Below are positions 17,474-26,504 of a stretch of DNA of 64,000 nucleotides, piece by piece (positions within the stretch are counted from its first letter, which is position 1; every line of letters begins with the position of its first letter). The translations under genes were made by a program, and so were the position numbers. Below the pieces are notes generated by a model. That model searched no databases, was not told the origin of the DNA, and was given only the letters and a program-made list of their open reading frames with translations. Source of the DNA: Elusimicrobiota bacterium (GTDB lineage Bacteria; Elusimicrobiota; Elusimicrobia; UBA1565; UBA9628); contig JACRNU010000054.1 in the NCBI GenBank assembly GCA_016234805.1, forward strand, positions 24,329 through 88,328, given 5' to 3'.

Positions 17474-18242
17474 CGTCCCGGGCGGGCTCTCCGCCTTCAT
17501 CATCGCCCGCGACGAGGAGCGCGACCTGCCCGGGGCGCTCGCGAGCCTGGGGGGGCTGGCCGACGAGGTCGTGGTCCTGCTGGCCGAGGACTCCAAGGAC
17601 CTCACCGGAGACCTGGCCCGGCAAGCCGGGGCCCGGGTGGCGGTCCGGAAGTTCGACGACTACGCGCGGCACAAGGGCGCGGCGCTGGCCATGGCGACCC
17701 GGGAGTGGGCCCTGTCCATCGACGCTGACGAGCGGGTGACGCCGGAACTGAGGGATGAGATCCTCCGGGTCCTGAAATCCTCCGGGCCCCTGCCCGCCGG
17801 TTTCGGCATCCCCTTCGCGGTGCACTTCATGGGCCGGCGCCTGCGCTTCGGAGGCTTGGGGAAGGAGCGCCACCTGCGGCTCTTCCGCAGGACCCTCGGC
17901 CGCTTCACTGGAGGCGCCCTGCACGAGGGCATCGTTGTGGACGGTCCCGTGGCCCGGCTGTCCGGGCTCATGGAGCATTATCCGTACCATGACCTTTCGG
18001 ATTATCTCGGGAAGCTCGACCGCTACACGACCCTGGCGGCCCGCAAGCGCTTCGAGGCGGGCCAGAGGTTCCGGTTCTGGCACCACCTCATCCTGCCCGT
18101 GGAGTTCCTTGTCCGGGTCGTGGTCCGGCTGGGGATCCTTGACGGCGGGCCAGGCCTGGTGTGGGCGGGCTTGGCCGCTTTCCACAGCTGGCTGAAGTAT
18201 GTGAAGCTCGGAGGATTGGAGAGGGAGGAAAGACGGACTTGA
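17454..18242 (+). CDS. Glycosyltransferase family 2 (KdtX/WaaE-like LPS core glycosyltransferase)
   Basis: Motifs SAFIIARDEERDLPGALASL and DADERVTPEL (the DxD region). Confidence 0.7.
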   Translation: MARSPDSVPGGLSAFIIARDEERDLPGALASLGGLADEVVVLLAEDSKDLTGDLARQAGARVAVRKFDDYARHKGAALAMATREWALSIDADERVTPELRDEILRVLKSSGPLPAGFGIPFAVHFMGRRLRFGGLGKERHLRLFRRTLGRFTGGALHEGIVVDGPVARLSGLMEHYPYHDLSDYLGKLDRYTTLAARKRFEAGQRFRFWHHLILPVEFLVRVVVRLGILDGGPGLVWAGLAAFHSWLKYVKLGGLEREERRT

Positions 18243-19054
18243 TAGGAACGGCAACGGCGGCCGCCGCGGCGCTCGCCGCCGCGGCGGCGAGCGCGCGCTG
18301 GAATTGGTGGCGGCCCAAGGTCCGGGGGCTGGCCTCCCTGATGTACCACAAGATCGGGGACTTCCCCCCCGGTTCCCGGCTCAAGAAGCTGTGGGTCACG
18401 GTCGAGGACTTCCGGAGGCAGATGGTCTGGCTCAAGGAGCACGGATACACCACTCTTACTTTTACAGAACTGAGAGAAGCGGAAGAGGGAACGTCACCAA
18501 TGCCGGCAAGGCCGGCCTTGGTGACGTTCGATGACGGCTACTCCAACAACTACGAGCTCGCCTTCCCGGTCCTGTCCGAGCTGGGCATGAAGGGCAACAT
18601 CTTTTTGGTCTGCGACACGATCGGCCGGCACAACGCCTGGCACGACCCGGCCTCGGAATCATGGCTGAGGATGGTCACCTGGGCCCAGGTCGAAGAGATG
18701 CAGGGGTCCGGGGTCATCGAGTTCGGCTCCCACACCGTGACCCACCGCAATCTCTCCGAGATCAGCCTCGAGGACGCGGCCTGGGAGGTCCGGGAGAGCA
18801 AGAAGCGGCTCGAGGATAGGCTCGGGCGGCCCATGGTCGGCTTCGCCTATCCGTACGGCGCCGGCGCCTTCGTGCCCGAGGTCCGGGCCCGCGCCCGCGA
18901 AGCCGGATATCGCTACGATTTCTCCATCAAGCAGGGCATCACCCCCCTGCCCTGGCGCCCGGACGCCGGTCCCCTGAAGCGCCTGCTCATCCGGGGCGAC
19001 GACAACATGCTCGACTTCCACCTCAACATGACCCGAGGAAGGGCGAGGTTCTAG
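18239..19054 (+). CDS. Polysaccharide deacetylase (NodB-homology domain)
   Basis: Motifs LVTFDDGYSNNYELAFPVLSELGMKGNIFLV, SHTVTHRNL and GFAYPYG. The start is uncertain; the TTG at 18239 overlaps the upstream stop. Confidence 0.7.
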   Translation: MIGTATAAAAALAAAAASARWNWWRPKVRGLASLMYHKIGDFPPGSRLKKLWVTVEDFRRQMVWLKEHGYTTLTFTELREAEEGTSPMPARPALVTFDDGYSNNYELAFPVLSELGMKGNIFLVCDTIGRHNAWHDPASESWLRMVTWAQVEEMQGSGVIEFGSHTVTHRNLSEISLEDAAWEVRESKKRLEDRLGRPMVGFAYPYGAGAFVPEVRARAREAGYRYDFSIKQGITPLPWRPDAGPLKRLLIRGDDNMLDFHLNMTRGRARF

Positions 19055-20055
19055 TGCCTGGCACCTCCTTGCCGCGCAAGGTCCTCGTCATCCAGCTGCG
19101 CCGCATCGGAGACGTCCTGATGGCGACCCCGGCCGTGGCCGCTCTTAAGAAGCGCTACCCCGCGGCGGCCGTGGATTTCCTGGTGGAGCCTCCGTCGGAC
19201 GAGGTCCTCGCGGGCAACCCCGACATCAGCCGGGTGCTCGTCTATCACTCGAACGGGTGGCGGGATTATCTCGCGTGGCTTCTACGCGTCCGCTCCGAGC
19301 GCTACGATTGGGTCGTGGATTTCATGGGCAACCCGAGGAGCGCCTTCCTGGCCGCGGCCAGCGGCGCTTCCCTGCGCGCCGGGCCGGCCCACGTCGGGCA
19401 CCGCTGGGCCTACAACCTGCGCATGGTGCAGTCCTCCACGACCCACTACGCGGGGCGGGAGAAGATCCGCCTTCTTTCAGGGCTCGGGGTCCCGGACACG
19501 CACACGGACATCCTTCCCAAGGTCTACCTCGGCACGCCGAAAGCCCCGGACCCCGCGGGACCCATCGCCCTGGCCCCCGCTTCCCGCAAGCCCACGCGCC
19601 AGTGGCCCTCCCGGCACTATGTCGCGCTGGGGAGGATGCTCCACGAGCGCTACGGGTGCGGCATCACCGTGCTGTGGGGCCCGGGAGAGAAAGCCCTGGC
19701 CGAGAAGGTCGCCTCCGGCATCGGGAAGGCTGCTTCAGCGCCCGAGACCAGGGACCTGCGGGAGGCCGCCCGCGTCCTGGCCGGCTGCCGATTGTTGGTC
19801 ACGAACTGCAGCGGGACCAAGCATCTCGCGGTCAGCCTCGGCGTGCCCACGGTCACGATCCACGGGTCGAGCGACCCGGCGAGCTGGACCCCTCCGGACC
19901 CCAGGCATCTGGCGGTGCGGCGCCAGGACCTCTCCTGCATGGGCTGCGGGTTCAACGAGTGCCCGCGGACGCCCGACTGTCTCGACGGGCTCTCTCCCGA
20001 GACGGTCTTCGGCGCGGCCCGCGGATTGCTGGACTCTATCTATGGACCTTCCTAA
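19054..20055 (+). CDS. Glycosyltransferase family 9 (LPS heptosyltransferase, WaaC/WaaQ-like)
   Basis: Motifs KVLVIQLRRIGDVLMATPAVAALKKRYP and LLVTNCSGTKHLAVSLGVPTVTIHGSS. Confidence 0.75.
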   Translation: MPGTSLPRKVLVIQLRRIGDVLMATPAVAALKKRYPAAAVDFLVEPPSDEVLAGNPDISRVLVYHSNGWRDYLAWLLRVRSERYDWVVDFMGNPRSAFLAAASGASLRAGPAHVGHRWAYNLRMVQSSTTHYAGREKIRLLSGLGVPDTHTDILPKVYLGTPKAPDPAGPIALAPASRKPTRQWPSRHYVALGRMLHERYGCGITVLWGPGEKALAEKVASGIGKAASAPETRDLREAARVLAGCRLLVTNCSGTKHLAVSLGVPTVTIHGSSDPASWTPPDPRHLAVRRQDLSCMGCGFNECPRTPDCLDGLSPETVFGAARGLLDSIYGPS

Positions 20056-21118
20056 GCTGCGTTCGAAGCTCAAAGAGAAGCTCGCGGGCCGGACCTTTCT
20101 CGGCGCCGCGGCCCTGGCTTACGGCGCGGCCGTGCGTGCCCGCCGCAAGCTCTATGACTGGCGCGTGCTCAAGTCGGCCAGGCTGGGCTGCCGGGTCGTG
20201 TGCTTCGGCAACCTCACGACCGGGGGCACGGGCAAGACCCCGGCCGTGGCTCTGGCCGCGCAGACCTTGCGCGAGCGCAAGTATCGGGTCGTGATCCTGA
20301 GCCGAGGCTACGGGCGGGAGGGCAGCAAGGAGATCTCAGTGCTCAGGGACGGGCGCACGCCTCCGTGGACGGAATGCGGGGACGAGCCCTGGATGCTCCA
20401 CCAGGCCCTGCAGGGGCTCGACATCCCCATCCTCGTGGCCCCGGACCGGGTGGCCGCGGGCGGCCAGGCCATGTCCTTCTATGGTCCAGAAGTCATCCTG
20501 CTCGACGACGGTTTCGGGCACCTGGCCCTGCGCCGCGACCTTGACGTGCTCATGGTCCACGCGGTCCGGCCGTTCGGGGATCGGCGCCTCCTGCCCTACG
20601 GTGACCTGCGCGAACCCCTGGGGTCGTTGTCCCGGGCCAAGCTCGTGGTGCTGACGCACGCGGACCTCGTGACTCCCTCCGAGCTCGACCTTCTTAAAGA
20701 TGAGATCCGGGCACTGAGTCCCGGGGCCGCGGTCGTGGAGTCCTCCCACAAGCCGGACTACCTTCTTGAAGCCTCCTCGGACCGCAGGTTGGAACCGGAG
20801 AGTCTCCGCGGGAAGAAGGCCGTGGCGCTCAGCGGCATCGCGGACCCCTCCCAGTTCGAGGACCTGCTGGCGTCTCTTGGCGTGGAGCTGGTCCAGCGCT
20901 GGCGCTTCCCGGACCACCACCCGTTCTCGGAGGAAGAGCTGCGTTCCATCGACACTGCCCGGCAGGGCCTGCCCGTGATCGCCACCATGAAGGACCTCGT
21001 CCGCCTGCCCCCCGCGTGGCGCGATATCCTGGGCTCCGGGCTGCACGGCTTGGCCATCAAGCTCGAGATCACCAAGGGCAAGGCCACCTGGGCCAAGATG
21101 CTCACGGATGGGCTTTGA
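20042..21118 (+). CDS. lpxK: Tetraacyldisaccharide 4'-kinase
   Basis: Motifs VVCFGNLTTGGTGKTPAVALAAQTL, ILSRGYGR and ILLDDGFGH. The start was taken at the ATG (MDLPKLRSKL) within the longer listed ORF. Confidence 0.85.
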   Translation: MDLPKLRSKLKEKLAGRTFLGAAALAYGAAVRARRKLYDWRVLKSARLGCRVVCFGNLTTGGTGKTPAVALAAQTLRERKYRVVILSRGYGREGSKEISVLRDGRTPPWTECGDEPWMLHQALQGLDIPILVAPDRVAAGGQAMSFYGPEVILLDDGFGHLALRRDLDVLMVHAVRPFGDRRLLPYGDLREPLGSLSRAKLVVLTHADLVTPSELDLLKDEIRALSPGAAVVESSHKPDYLLEASSDRRLEPESLRGKKAVALSGIADPSQFEDLLASLGVELVQRWRFPDHHPFSEEELRSIDTARQGLPVIATMKDLVRLPPAWRDILGSGLHGLAIKLEITKGKATWAKMLTDGL

Positions 21119-21178
21119 CCGCATGATATCCCGCATGGAATCCGACAGTGTTTCCCGGATGTATTTCTGGAGGATTCC

Positions 21179-22045
21179 ATGCGGAAAGGTTTGACGCTGG
21201 TCGTTCTCATGAAGAGCCTCCTGATGTCGTCCCTGGTATCCTTCATGATGTCCCCCTGCCTCGCCGCGGACATCTTCACCGCCTCCTTCACCGACCCGCG
21301 CGAGCTCATCGCGCCGGGGGTGGAGCCTTCGTCCGGCGCGGCCGTGCCGGGGTTCCCGGAGAAGCTGGTCTTCGACGTTTCCTGGGGCCTCATCGGGGTC
21401 GGACAGTCCACGCTGGAGATGAGCCGCATGGTGGATTTCAACGGCCGGCCCGCCTACGAGATCGTCTCCAGGGCCTACTCTAACGGCTTCTGCAACACCT
21501 TCTATAAGGTCCGCGATGAGAACTACGCCTGGCTCGACGCGGCCAGCCTGAGTTCCCTGGGCTACCTGAAGAACCTCCGGGAGGGAAACTTCTACCGGGA
21601 CGAGTGGGTGCTCTTCGACCATGCTTCCAAGCGCTACCTGGCCAAGTGGGCCGGCCGGGATCACAACTACAGCGTGCGGCAGGGCACCATCCCGGTTCCG
21701 GTGCAGGACATCCTTTCGAGCATGTATTACATCAGGACACAGGAGCTCAAGGAGGGCGCTGAGATCATCCTCGACGTCAACACGAAGGAGAATTGGCCGC
21801 TCGTGGTGAAGGTGGTCAAGAGGACCAAGGTGAAGGTCCCGGCCGGCAAGTTCGACACTTTTCTCCTCGAGCCCTTCATGCGCAAGGAGGGCATCTTCGT
21901 GCAGAAGGGCAAGCGCCTGCGGATCTGGGTGACCGCGGACGAGCGCAAGATCCCTGTCCTCATGAAGGTCGAGGTCTTCTTCGGCCACGTCACCGCGGCC
22001 TTGTCCACCATCGGAGACGGGACCCCGGCGCGCGGCAGGGAATGA
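21179..22045 (+). CDS. DUF3108-domain secreted protein
   Basis: Signal peptide plus resemblance to the DUF3108 beta-barrel-like fold. Confidence 0.6.
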   Translation: MRKGLTLVVLMKSLLMSSLVSFMMSPCLAADIFTASFTDPRELIAPGVEPSSGAAVPGFPEKLVFDVSWGLIGVGQSTLEMSRMVDFNGRPAYEIVSRAYSNGFCNTFYKVRDENYAWLDAASLSSLGYLKNLREGNFYRDEWVLFDHASKRYLAKWAGRDHNYSVRQGTIPVPVQDILSSMYYIRTQELKEGAEIILDVNTKENWPLVVKVVKRTKVKVPAGKFDTFLLEPFMRKEGIFVQKGKRLRIWVTADERKIPVLMKVEVFFGHVTAALSTIGDGTPARGRE

Positions 22046-22051
22046 TATAAT
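22043..22051 (+). promoter_or_regulatory. Extended -10 element TGATATAAT overlapping the DUF3108 stop, immediately 5' of the hldE start
   Basis: Third perfect copy of TGATATAATC. The predicted transcription start coincides with the in-frame ATG at 22059, implying a leaderless mRNA. Confidence 0.45.
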
Positions 22052-22052
22052 C

Positions 22053-23072
22053 ATGCCCATGAAGAAGCATCCCGCGGTGCTGACGGCCCGAGAACGCCGC
22101 CGCCTGAAGGGCTATGTCCGGCAGTTCTCCGGCAAGAGGGTCCTGGTGGTCGGGGACCTCATGCTCGATGAGTTCATCCGCGGGGCGGTGCACCGCATCT
22201 CCCCGGAGGCGCCGGTCCCGGTCGTGCAAGTCCGGGCCGAGAGCTACGTCCCGGGCGGGGCGGGCAACGTGGCCCGCAACCTGGCCGCCCTCGGGGCGGG
22301 CGTCGTGGTCGTGGGCGTGGTGGGCGAGGACGCGGCCGCGGAGCGCCTGCGCTCGGATTTCGCGGGCCACGGCATCGACGTGGCCGGCCTGTTGTCGGAC
22401 TCCGGGAGGGTGACCTCCCAGAAGTGCCGGATCATCGCGGAGCACCAGCAAGTCGTCCGGTTCGACCGGGAGACCACGGGCCCGCTGTCCGGCGCCTCGG
22501 AGCGCGAACTCCTGCGCCGCATCCCCGCGGCCGTGGACCGCGCACACGCCGTGGTCCTCTCCGACTACGGCAAGGGCGTTGTGACGCCCGCGGTCGTCAA
22601 AGCCGTCCTCTCCCGGGCCAAAGGCCGGCGATTGCCGGTCACCGTGGACCCCAAGCCGGAGAACTTCAACCTCTACCGCGGCGTCACCTGCCTGACGCCC
22701 AACGTGCACGAGGCTTGGGCCGGGATGCGGCGCCATCCCGAGCCGGGAAGAGGGGCTCTCGACGCGCTGGGACGGAGCATCCTCTCAGGGCTCGGATGCG
22801 CGTCCCTCATCATCACCCGCGGCCCCGAAGGCATGAGCCTCTTCAAGCGGGGCGGGGCCGGAGTCATCCACATCCCCACCGAGGCGCGCGAGGTCTACGA
22901 CGTGACCGGGGCGGGCGATACGGTCATCTCCGTGCTCACCCTGGGCCTGGCCAGCGGAGCCTCCATCGAGGCCGCCGCGGTCGTGGCCAACTGCGCTGCG
23001 GGCATCGTGGTGGGCAAGCTCGGCACCGCCACGGTCTCATCGGAGGAGCTCATCAAGGCCCTGGCCCAATGA
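22053..23072 (+). CDS. hldE: D-glycero-beta-D-manno-heptose-7-phosphate kinase (HldE/RfaE domain I only, PfkB family)
   Basis: Motifs VLVVGDLMLDEFIRGAVHRISPEAPVPVV and DVTGAGDTVISVL. No adenylyltransferase domain is attached. The true start may be the second ATG at 22059. Confidence 0.8.
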   Translation: MPMKKHPAVLTARERRRLKGYVRQFSGKRVLVVGDLMLDEFIRGAVHRISPEAPVPVVQVRAESYVPGGAGNVARNLAALGAGVVVVGVVGEDAAAERLRSDFAGHGIDVAGLLSDSGRVTSQKCRIIAEHQQVVRFDRETTGPLSGASERELLRRIPAAVDRAHAVVLSDYGKGVVTPAVVKAVLSRAKGRRLPVTVDPKPENFNLYRGVTCLTPNVHEAWAGMRRHPEPGRGALDALGRSILSGLGCASLIITRGPEGMSLFKRGGAGVIHIPTEAREVYDVTGAGDTVISVLTLGLASGASIEAAAVVANCAAGIVVGKLGTATVSSEELIKALAQ

Positions 23073-23887
23073 GGAAAAGGGACGCGGTCCAGGTCGGCGG
23101 GACCGCGGTCATCATCCCTGCCCGGTGGGGATCCACGCGCTTCCCCGGCAAGGTCCTCGCCCTTCTCGGAGGCAAGCCCATCGTCCGGTGGTGCCACGAG
23201 GCCGCGGTCGCGTCCCGGATCGGCCCTGTGGCCGTGGCCACGGACGACCTCGAAGTCGTCCGGGCCGTGGAAGCCTTCGGAGGCCGCGCTGTCATGACCC
23301 CGAAAAACCTGGCCTCGGGCACGGACAGGGTCCTTGCGGCCCTCAAGCGGCTGCGGTGGTCCCCCCGCTTCGTGGTCAACCTGCAGGGAGACGAGCCCCT
23401 GATCTCCCCGTCGGGTTTGAGGAGCCTCGATCGCCTCCTGCGCTCCGCGGGCGCCGACGTGGCGACCCTCGTCACCCCCTTGAAGGGCGCGGAACGCCTC
23501 CAGCGGCCCGACGTGGTCAAGGCCGTCCTGGCCAAGGACGGGCGGGCCCTTTACTTCTCCCGTTCCCCTGTCCCGTACCGCCGCCAGCCCCCTCCGGCGA
23601 GAGGAGTACGGCTTTCGCCTTCGGGGACGGCGGTCCCTTGCCGCCAGGAAGAGCCCCGGCGCTGGGAGCACATCGGCATCTACGGGTACAAGGCCGCATC
23701 CCTGCGCCGCTTTGTCTCCCTTCCCCCCTCCCCGCTCGAGCGTGCCGAGTCGCTCGAACAGCTCCGGGCCCTGGAGGATGGGATGAGCATCTACGCCGCG
23801 GTGGTTCCCGCCCGCGGCGTGGCCATCGACACGCCGGCGGACCTGGCGCAAGCAGAACGACTGATACAGAAAAGAAGGAGCCCTTGA
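23069..23887 (+). CDS. kdsB: 3-deoxy-manno-octulosonate cytidylyltransferase (CMP-Kdo synthetase)
   Basis: Motifs [39 protein letters not shown] and HIGIYGY. It carries a 57-bp repeat copy in frame at 23588-23648. Confidence 0.85.
   Translation: MRKRDAVQVGGTAVIIPARWGSTRFPGKVLALLGGKPIVRWCHEAAVASRIGPVAVATDDLEVVRAVEAFGGRAVMTPKNLASGTDRVLAALKRLRWSPRFVVNLQGDEPLISPSGLRSLDRLLRSAGADVATLVTPLKGAERLQRPDVVKAVLAKDGRALYFSRSPVPYRRQPPPARGVRLSPSGTAVPCRQEEPRRWEHIGIYGYKAASLRRFVSLPPSPLERAESLEQLRALEDGMSIYAAVVPARGVAIDTPADLAQAERLIQKRRSP
23588..23648. repeat. 57-bp repeat family copy D (reverse orientation), in frame inside kdsB
   Basis: The reverse complement reads CCTGGCGGCAAGGGACCGCCGTCCCCGAAGGCGAAAGCCGTACTCCTCTCGCCGGAGGGGG. 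It encodes ...[19 protein letters not shown]... in a loop that is enlarged relative to typical KdsB sequences. Confidence 0.75.
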
Positions 23888-23949
23888 TGAAACGACGAAT
23901 CGTCCCCCACGATGCTCGCCTCCCCGCGGGGGAGGCTCGCGGCATATGA
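23887..23949 (+). promoter_or_regulatory. Micro-ORF (20 codons, [20 protein letters not shown]) spanning the CCTCCCCGCGGGGGAGG hairpin; stop/start overlaps on both sides (TGATG with the kdsB stop, ATGA with the pyrG start)
   Basis: Copy 2 of the coupling cassette. It shows both nucleotide-level and peptide-level similarity to 2471-2557. Confidence 0.6.
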
Positions 23950-25598
23950 CCAAATACATTTTCGTCACGGGCGGAGTCGTCAGCTCCCTGGGCAAGGGGA
24001 TCAGCGCGGCCTCGCTCGGCAAGCTCCTCGAGGCCCGGGGCCTGTCGGTGGCCATGCTCAAGTGCGACCCCTACATCAACGTGGACCCGGGCACCATGAA
24101 TCCCTTCCAGCACGGCGAGGTCTACGTCACGGAGGACGGGGCCGAGACCGACCTCGACCTGGGCCACTACGAGCGCTTCCTCAACAAGGAGATGCACCAC
24201 ACCAACAACATCACTGCCGGCAGGATCTACGAGACCGTGATCGCGCGCGAGCGGCGCGGGGACTTCCTCGGGATGACGGTGCAGGTCATCCCCCACATCA
24301 CCGACGAGATCAAGAGCCGCTTTAAGCTCCCGGCCAAGGGCGCCGACATCGTCATCATCGAGATCGGCGGCACCGTGGGCGACATCGAGAGCCTGCCCTT
24401 CCTCGAGGCGGCCCGGCAGATGGGGCTCGAGGCGGGCCGCGAGAACACCCTCTACATCCACGTGACCCTCGTGCCCTTCATCAAGGCCTCGGAGGAGCTC
24501 AAGACCAAGCCCACCCAGCACTCCGTGGCCAAGCTCCGGGAGCTCGGCATCAGCCCGGACATCATCGTGTGCCGCAGCGAGAAGCCCCTCTCCTCGGAGA
24601 TCAAGGCCAAGATCAGCATGTTCTGCAGCGTGCCCAAGGAGTCCGTGGTGGACGCCCCGGACGTGGCCAGCATCTACGAGGTCCCCATGGTCTTCGACAA
24701 GCAGGGCCTTGACGACCAGGTCGTCATGCTCCTGCGCCTGCGCTCGCGGGCCAAGGACCTCGAGAGCTGGAGCACGGTCGTCCACCGCCTCAAGAACCCC
24801 AAGCACGAGGTCCAGATCGCGCTCGCCGGCAAGTACACGGACTACAAGGATGCCTACAAGTCCGTCCACGAGGCCCTGGTGCACGGCGGCATCGCCAATG
24901 ACTGCCGGATCACGGTCCGCTATCTGGACACGAGCTCGCCTTCCATCCTCGAGGACCTGCACGGGGTCCACGGCATCCTTGTTCCCGGCGGGTTCGGCGA
25001 CCGCGGCATCGAGGGCAAGGTCAAGGTGACGGGCCTGGCGCGCGAGGAGCGCATCCCCTTCCTCGGGCTGTGCCTGGGCCTTCAGATCGCGGTGGTGGAG
25101 TTCGGGCGCAGCGTGCTCAAGCTCTCGGGCGCCCACTCCACCGAGTTCGACCCCAAGACCCGCTACCCTGTCATCGATCTCCTGCCCGAGCAGAAGGCCG
25201 TGCAGGCCAAGGGCGCGAGCATGCGCCTGGGGACCTACGAGTGCTGTCTCAAGAAAGGCAGCCTCGCGCACAAGGCGTATGGGACCGCCACGGTTCAGGA
25301 GCGCCACCGCCACCGCTACGAGGTGAACAACAAGTTCCGCAAGCTCTACGAGGACGCCGGGCTCCAGGTGACCGGGACCTACGCGCCCAAGAACCTGGCC
25401 GAGATCGTGGAGCTCCGCGACCACCCCTGGTTCCTGGCGGCCCAGTTCCACCCCGAGTTCAAGAGCCGTCCCGAGAGCCCGCACCCGCTGTTCCGCGACT
25501 TCGTGGCCGCGGCCCTGGCCCGCTCGCGCGGCTTGGACCGGCGCCCGGCCGGCGTCAAGCCCGCGGGCCGGGGCTTCTCCGGCGAGGACCATGGCTAA
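23946..25598 (+). CDS. pyrG: CTP synthase
   Basis: Motifs [19 protein letters not shown], a glutamine-amidotransferase C-domain ([20 protein letters not shown]) and HRHRYEVN. Confidence 0.95.
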   Translation: MTKYIFVTGGVVSSLGKGISAASLGKLLEARGLSVAMLKCDPYINVDPGTMNPFQHGEVYVTEDGAETDLDLGHYERFLNKEMHHTNNITAGRIYETVIARERRGDFLGMTVQVIPHITDEIKSRFKLPAKGADIVIIEIGGTVGDIESLPFLEAARQMGLEAGRENTLYIHVTLVPFIKASEELKTKPTQHSVAKLRELGISPDIIVCRSEKPLSSEIKAKISMFCSVPKESVVDAPDVASIYEVPMVFDKQGLDDQVVMLLRLRSRAKDLESWSTVVHRLKNPKHEVQIALAGKYTDYKDAYKSVHEALVHGGIANDCRITVRYLDTSSPSILEDLHGVHGILVPGGFGDRGIEGKVKVTGLAREERIPFLGLCLGLQIAVVEFGRSVLKLSGAHSTEFDPKTRYPVIDLLPEQKAVQAKGASMRLGTYECCLKKGSLAHKAYGTATVQERHRHRYEVNNKFRKLYEDAGLQVTGTYAPKNLAEIVELRDHPWFLAAQFHPEFKSRPESPHPLFRDFVAAALARSRGLDRRPAGVKPAGRGFSGEDHG

Positions 25599-26451
25599 GA
25601 GCATCACGGTCCGGATCGGCAAGGTCCTGGTCGGCAACGATTCCCCGGCTGTCTTCATCGCGGGCCTCTGCTGCCTCGAGTCCGAGGCCATCCTGCGCGT
25701 GGTGGCCAAGGGCCTCAAGGCGGCCCTCTCCCGCGCCGCGGTTCCTTTCATCTTGAAATGCTCGTTCGACAAAGCCAACCGCACCTCGCTGAAGTCCTTC
25801 CGCGGACCGGGGCCGCGCGAGGGGCTGGCGATCCTCCGGAAGGTCGCCTCGGAGTTCGGCGTTCCCGTCCTGACCGATGTGCACGACCCCGGACAGGCCG
25901 AGCTCGCCGCGGAGTATGTGGACGCTCTCCAGGTGCCGGCATTCCTCTGCAGGCAGACGGACCTCCTGGTCGCCTGCGGCCGCACGGGCCTGCCGGTGAA
26001 CGTCAAGAAGGGCCAGTTCCTCTCTCCCTGGGAGATGGCCCGCGCCGTGGAGAAGATCGAGTCCACGGGCAACCACCGCATCCTCCTAACCGAGCGCGGC
26101 ACCTTCTTCGGCTACGGCAACCTCGTGGTGGACATGCGCTCCCTCGACATCATGAGGGGACTGGGGTACCCCGTGGTCTTCGACGCCACCCACTCGGTCC
26201 AGCTCCCGGCCAGCCGCGGCTCCGAGACCGGGGGCGACCGGGAGCGGATATGGGGGCTCGCTCGGGCCGCCGCTGCCGCGGGCGTGGCCGCGGTCTTCCT
26301 CGAGACGCATCCTCGTCCCGAGAAAGCCCTTTCGGACGGCCCCAACGCGCTGCATCTCAAGGATGTGCCGGAGTTCGTGAGGCAGATTTGCGCCATCGAT
26401 GGGCTGGTGAAGAAGCAGGGATTCATCAAACGAGGGAGGAGGCAGTCATGA
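25591..26451 (+). CDS. kdsA: 2-dehydro-3-deoxyphosphooctonate aldolase (Kdo-8-phosphate synthase)
   Basis: Motifs [44 protein letters not shown] and KKGQF. Confidence 0.9.
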   Translation: MAKSITVRIGKVLVGNDSPAVFIAGLCCLESEAILRVVAKGLKAALSRAAVPFILKCSFDKANRTSLKSFRGPGPREGLAILRKVASEFGVPVLTDVHDPGQAELAAEYVDALQVPAFLCRQTDLLVACGRTGLPVNVKKGQFLSPWEMARAVEKIESTGNHRILLTERGTFFGYGNLVVDMRSLDIMRGLGYPVVFDATHSVQLPASRGSETGGDRERIWGLARAAAAAGVAAVFLETHPRPEKALSDGPNALHLKDVPEFVRQICAIDGLVKKQGFIKRGRRQS

Positions 26452-26501
26452 AACGGCATTCGCCCCCACACTACTTCCCTCCCCGTGGGGGAGGGAAGTA
26501 G
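26448..26501 (+). promoter_or_regulatory. Micro-ORF (17 codons, [17 protein letters not shown]) spanning the CTTCCCTCCCCGTGGGGGAGGGAAG hairpin; ATGA overlap with the kdsA stop, ending 5 nt before the next ATG
   Basis: Copy 3 of the coupling cassette. It shares the ATGAAAC...CCCCCAC...CCTCCCCGYGGGGGAGG core. Confidence 0.55.
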
Positions 26502-26504
26502 CAC

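Noticed and set aside
23517-26102. 861-aa ORF on the minus strand antisense to pyrG and kdsA. Similar long antisense ORFs lie at 5661-6524, 6197-7588, 9822-11051, 11467-12918, 14563-16347, 16166-17182, 20336-22060, 49137-50951, 50569-51651, 51761-52900, 52928-54085, 58550-59851(+), 59254-61602, 59724-61589(+) and 61655-63727(+).
   Set aside because: Each is antisense to, or out of frame with, a confidently recognised gene (pyrG, kdsA, gspE, gspD and so on). Their translations are Arg/Ala/Gly/Pro-rich low-complexity sequence of the kind produced by stop-codon depletion in ~68% GC DNA. No recognisable domains were found.
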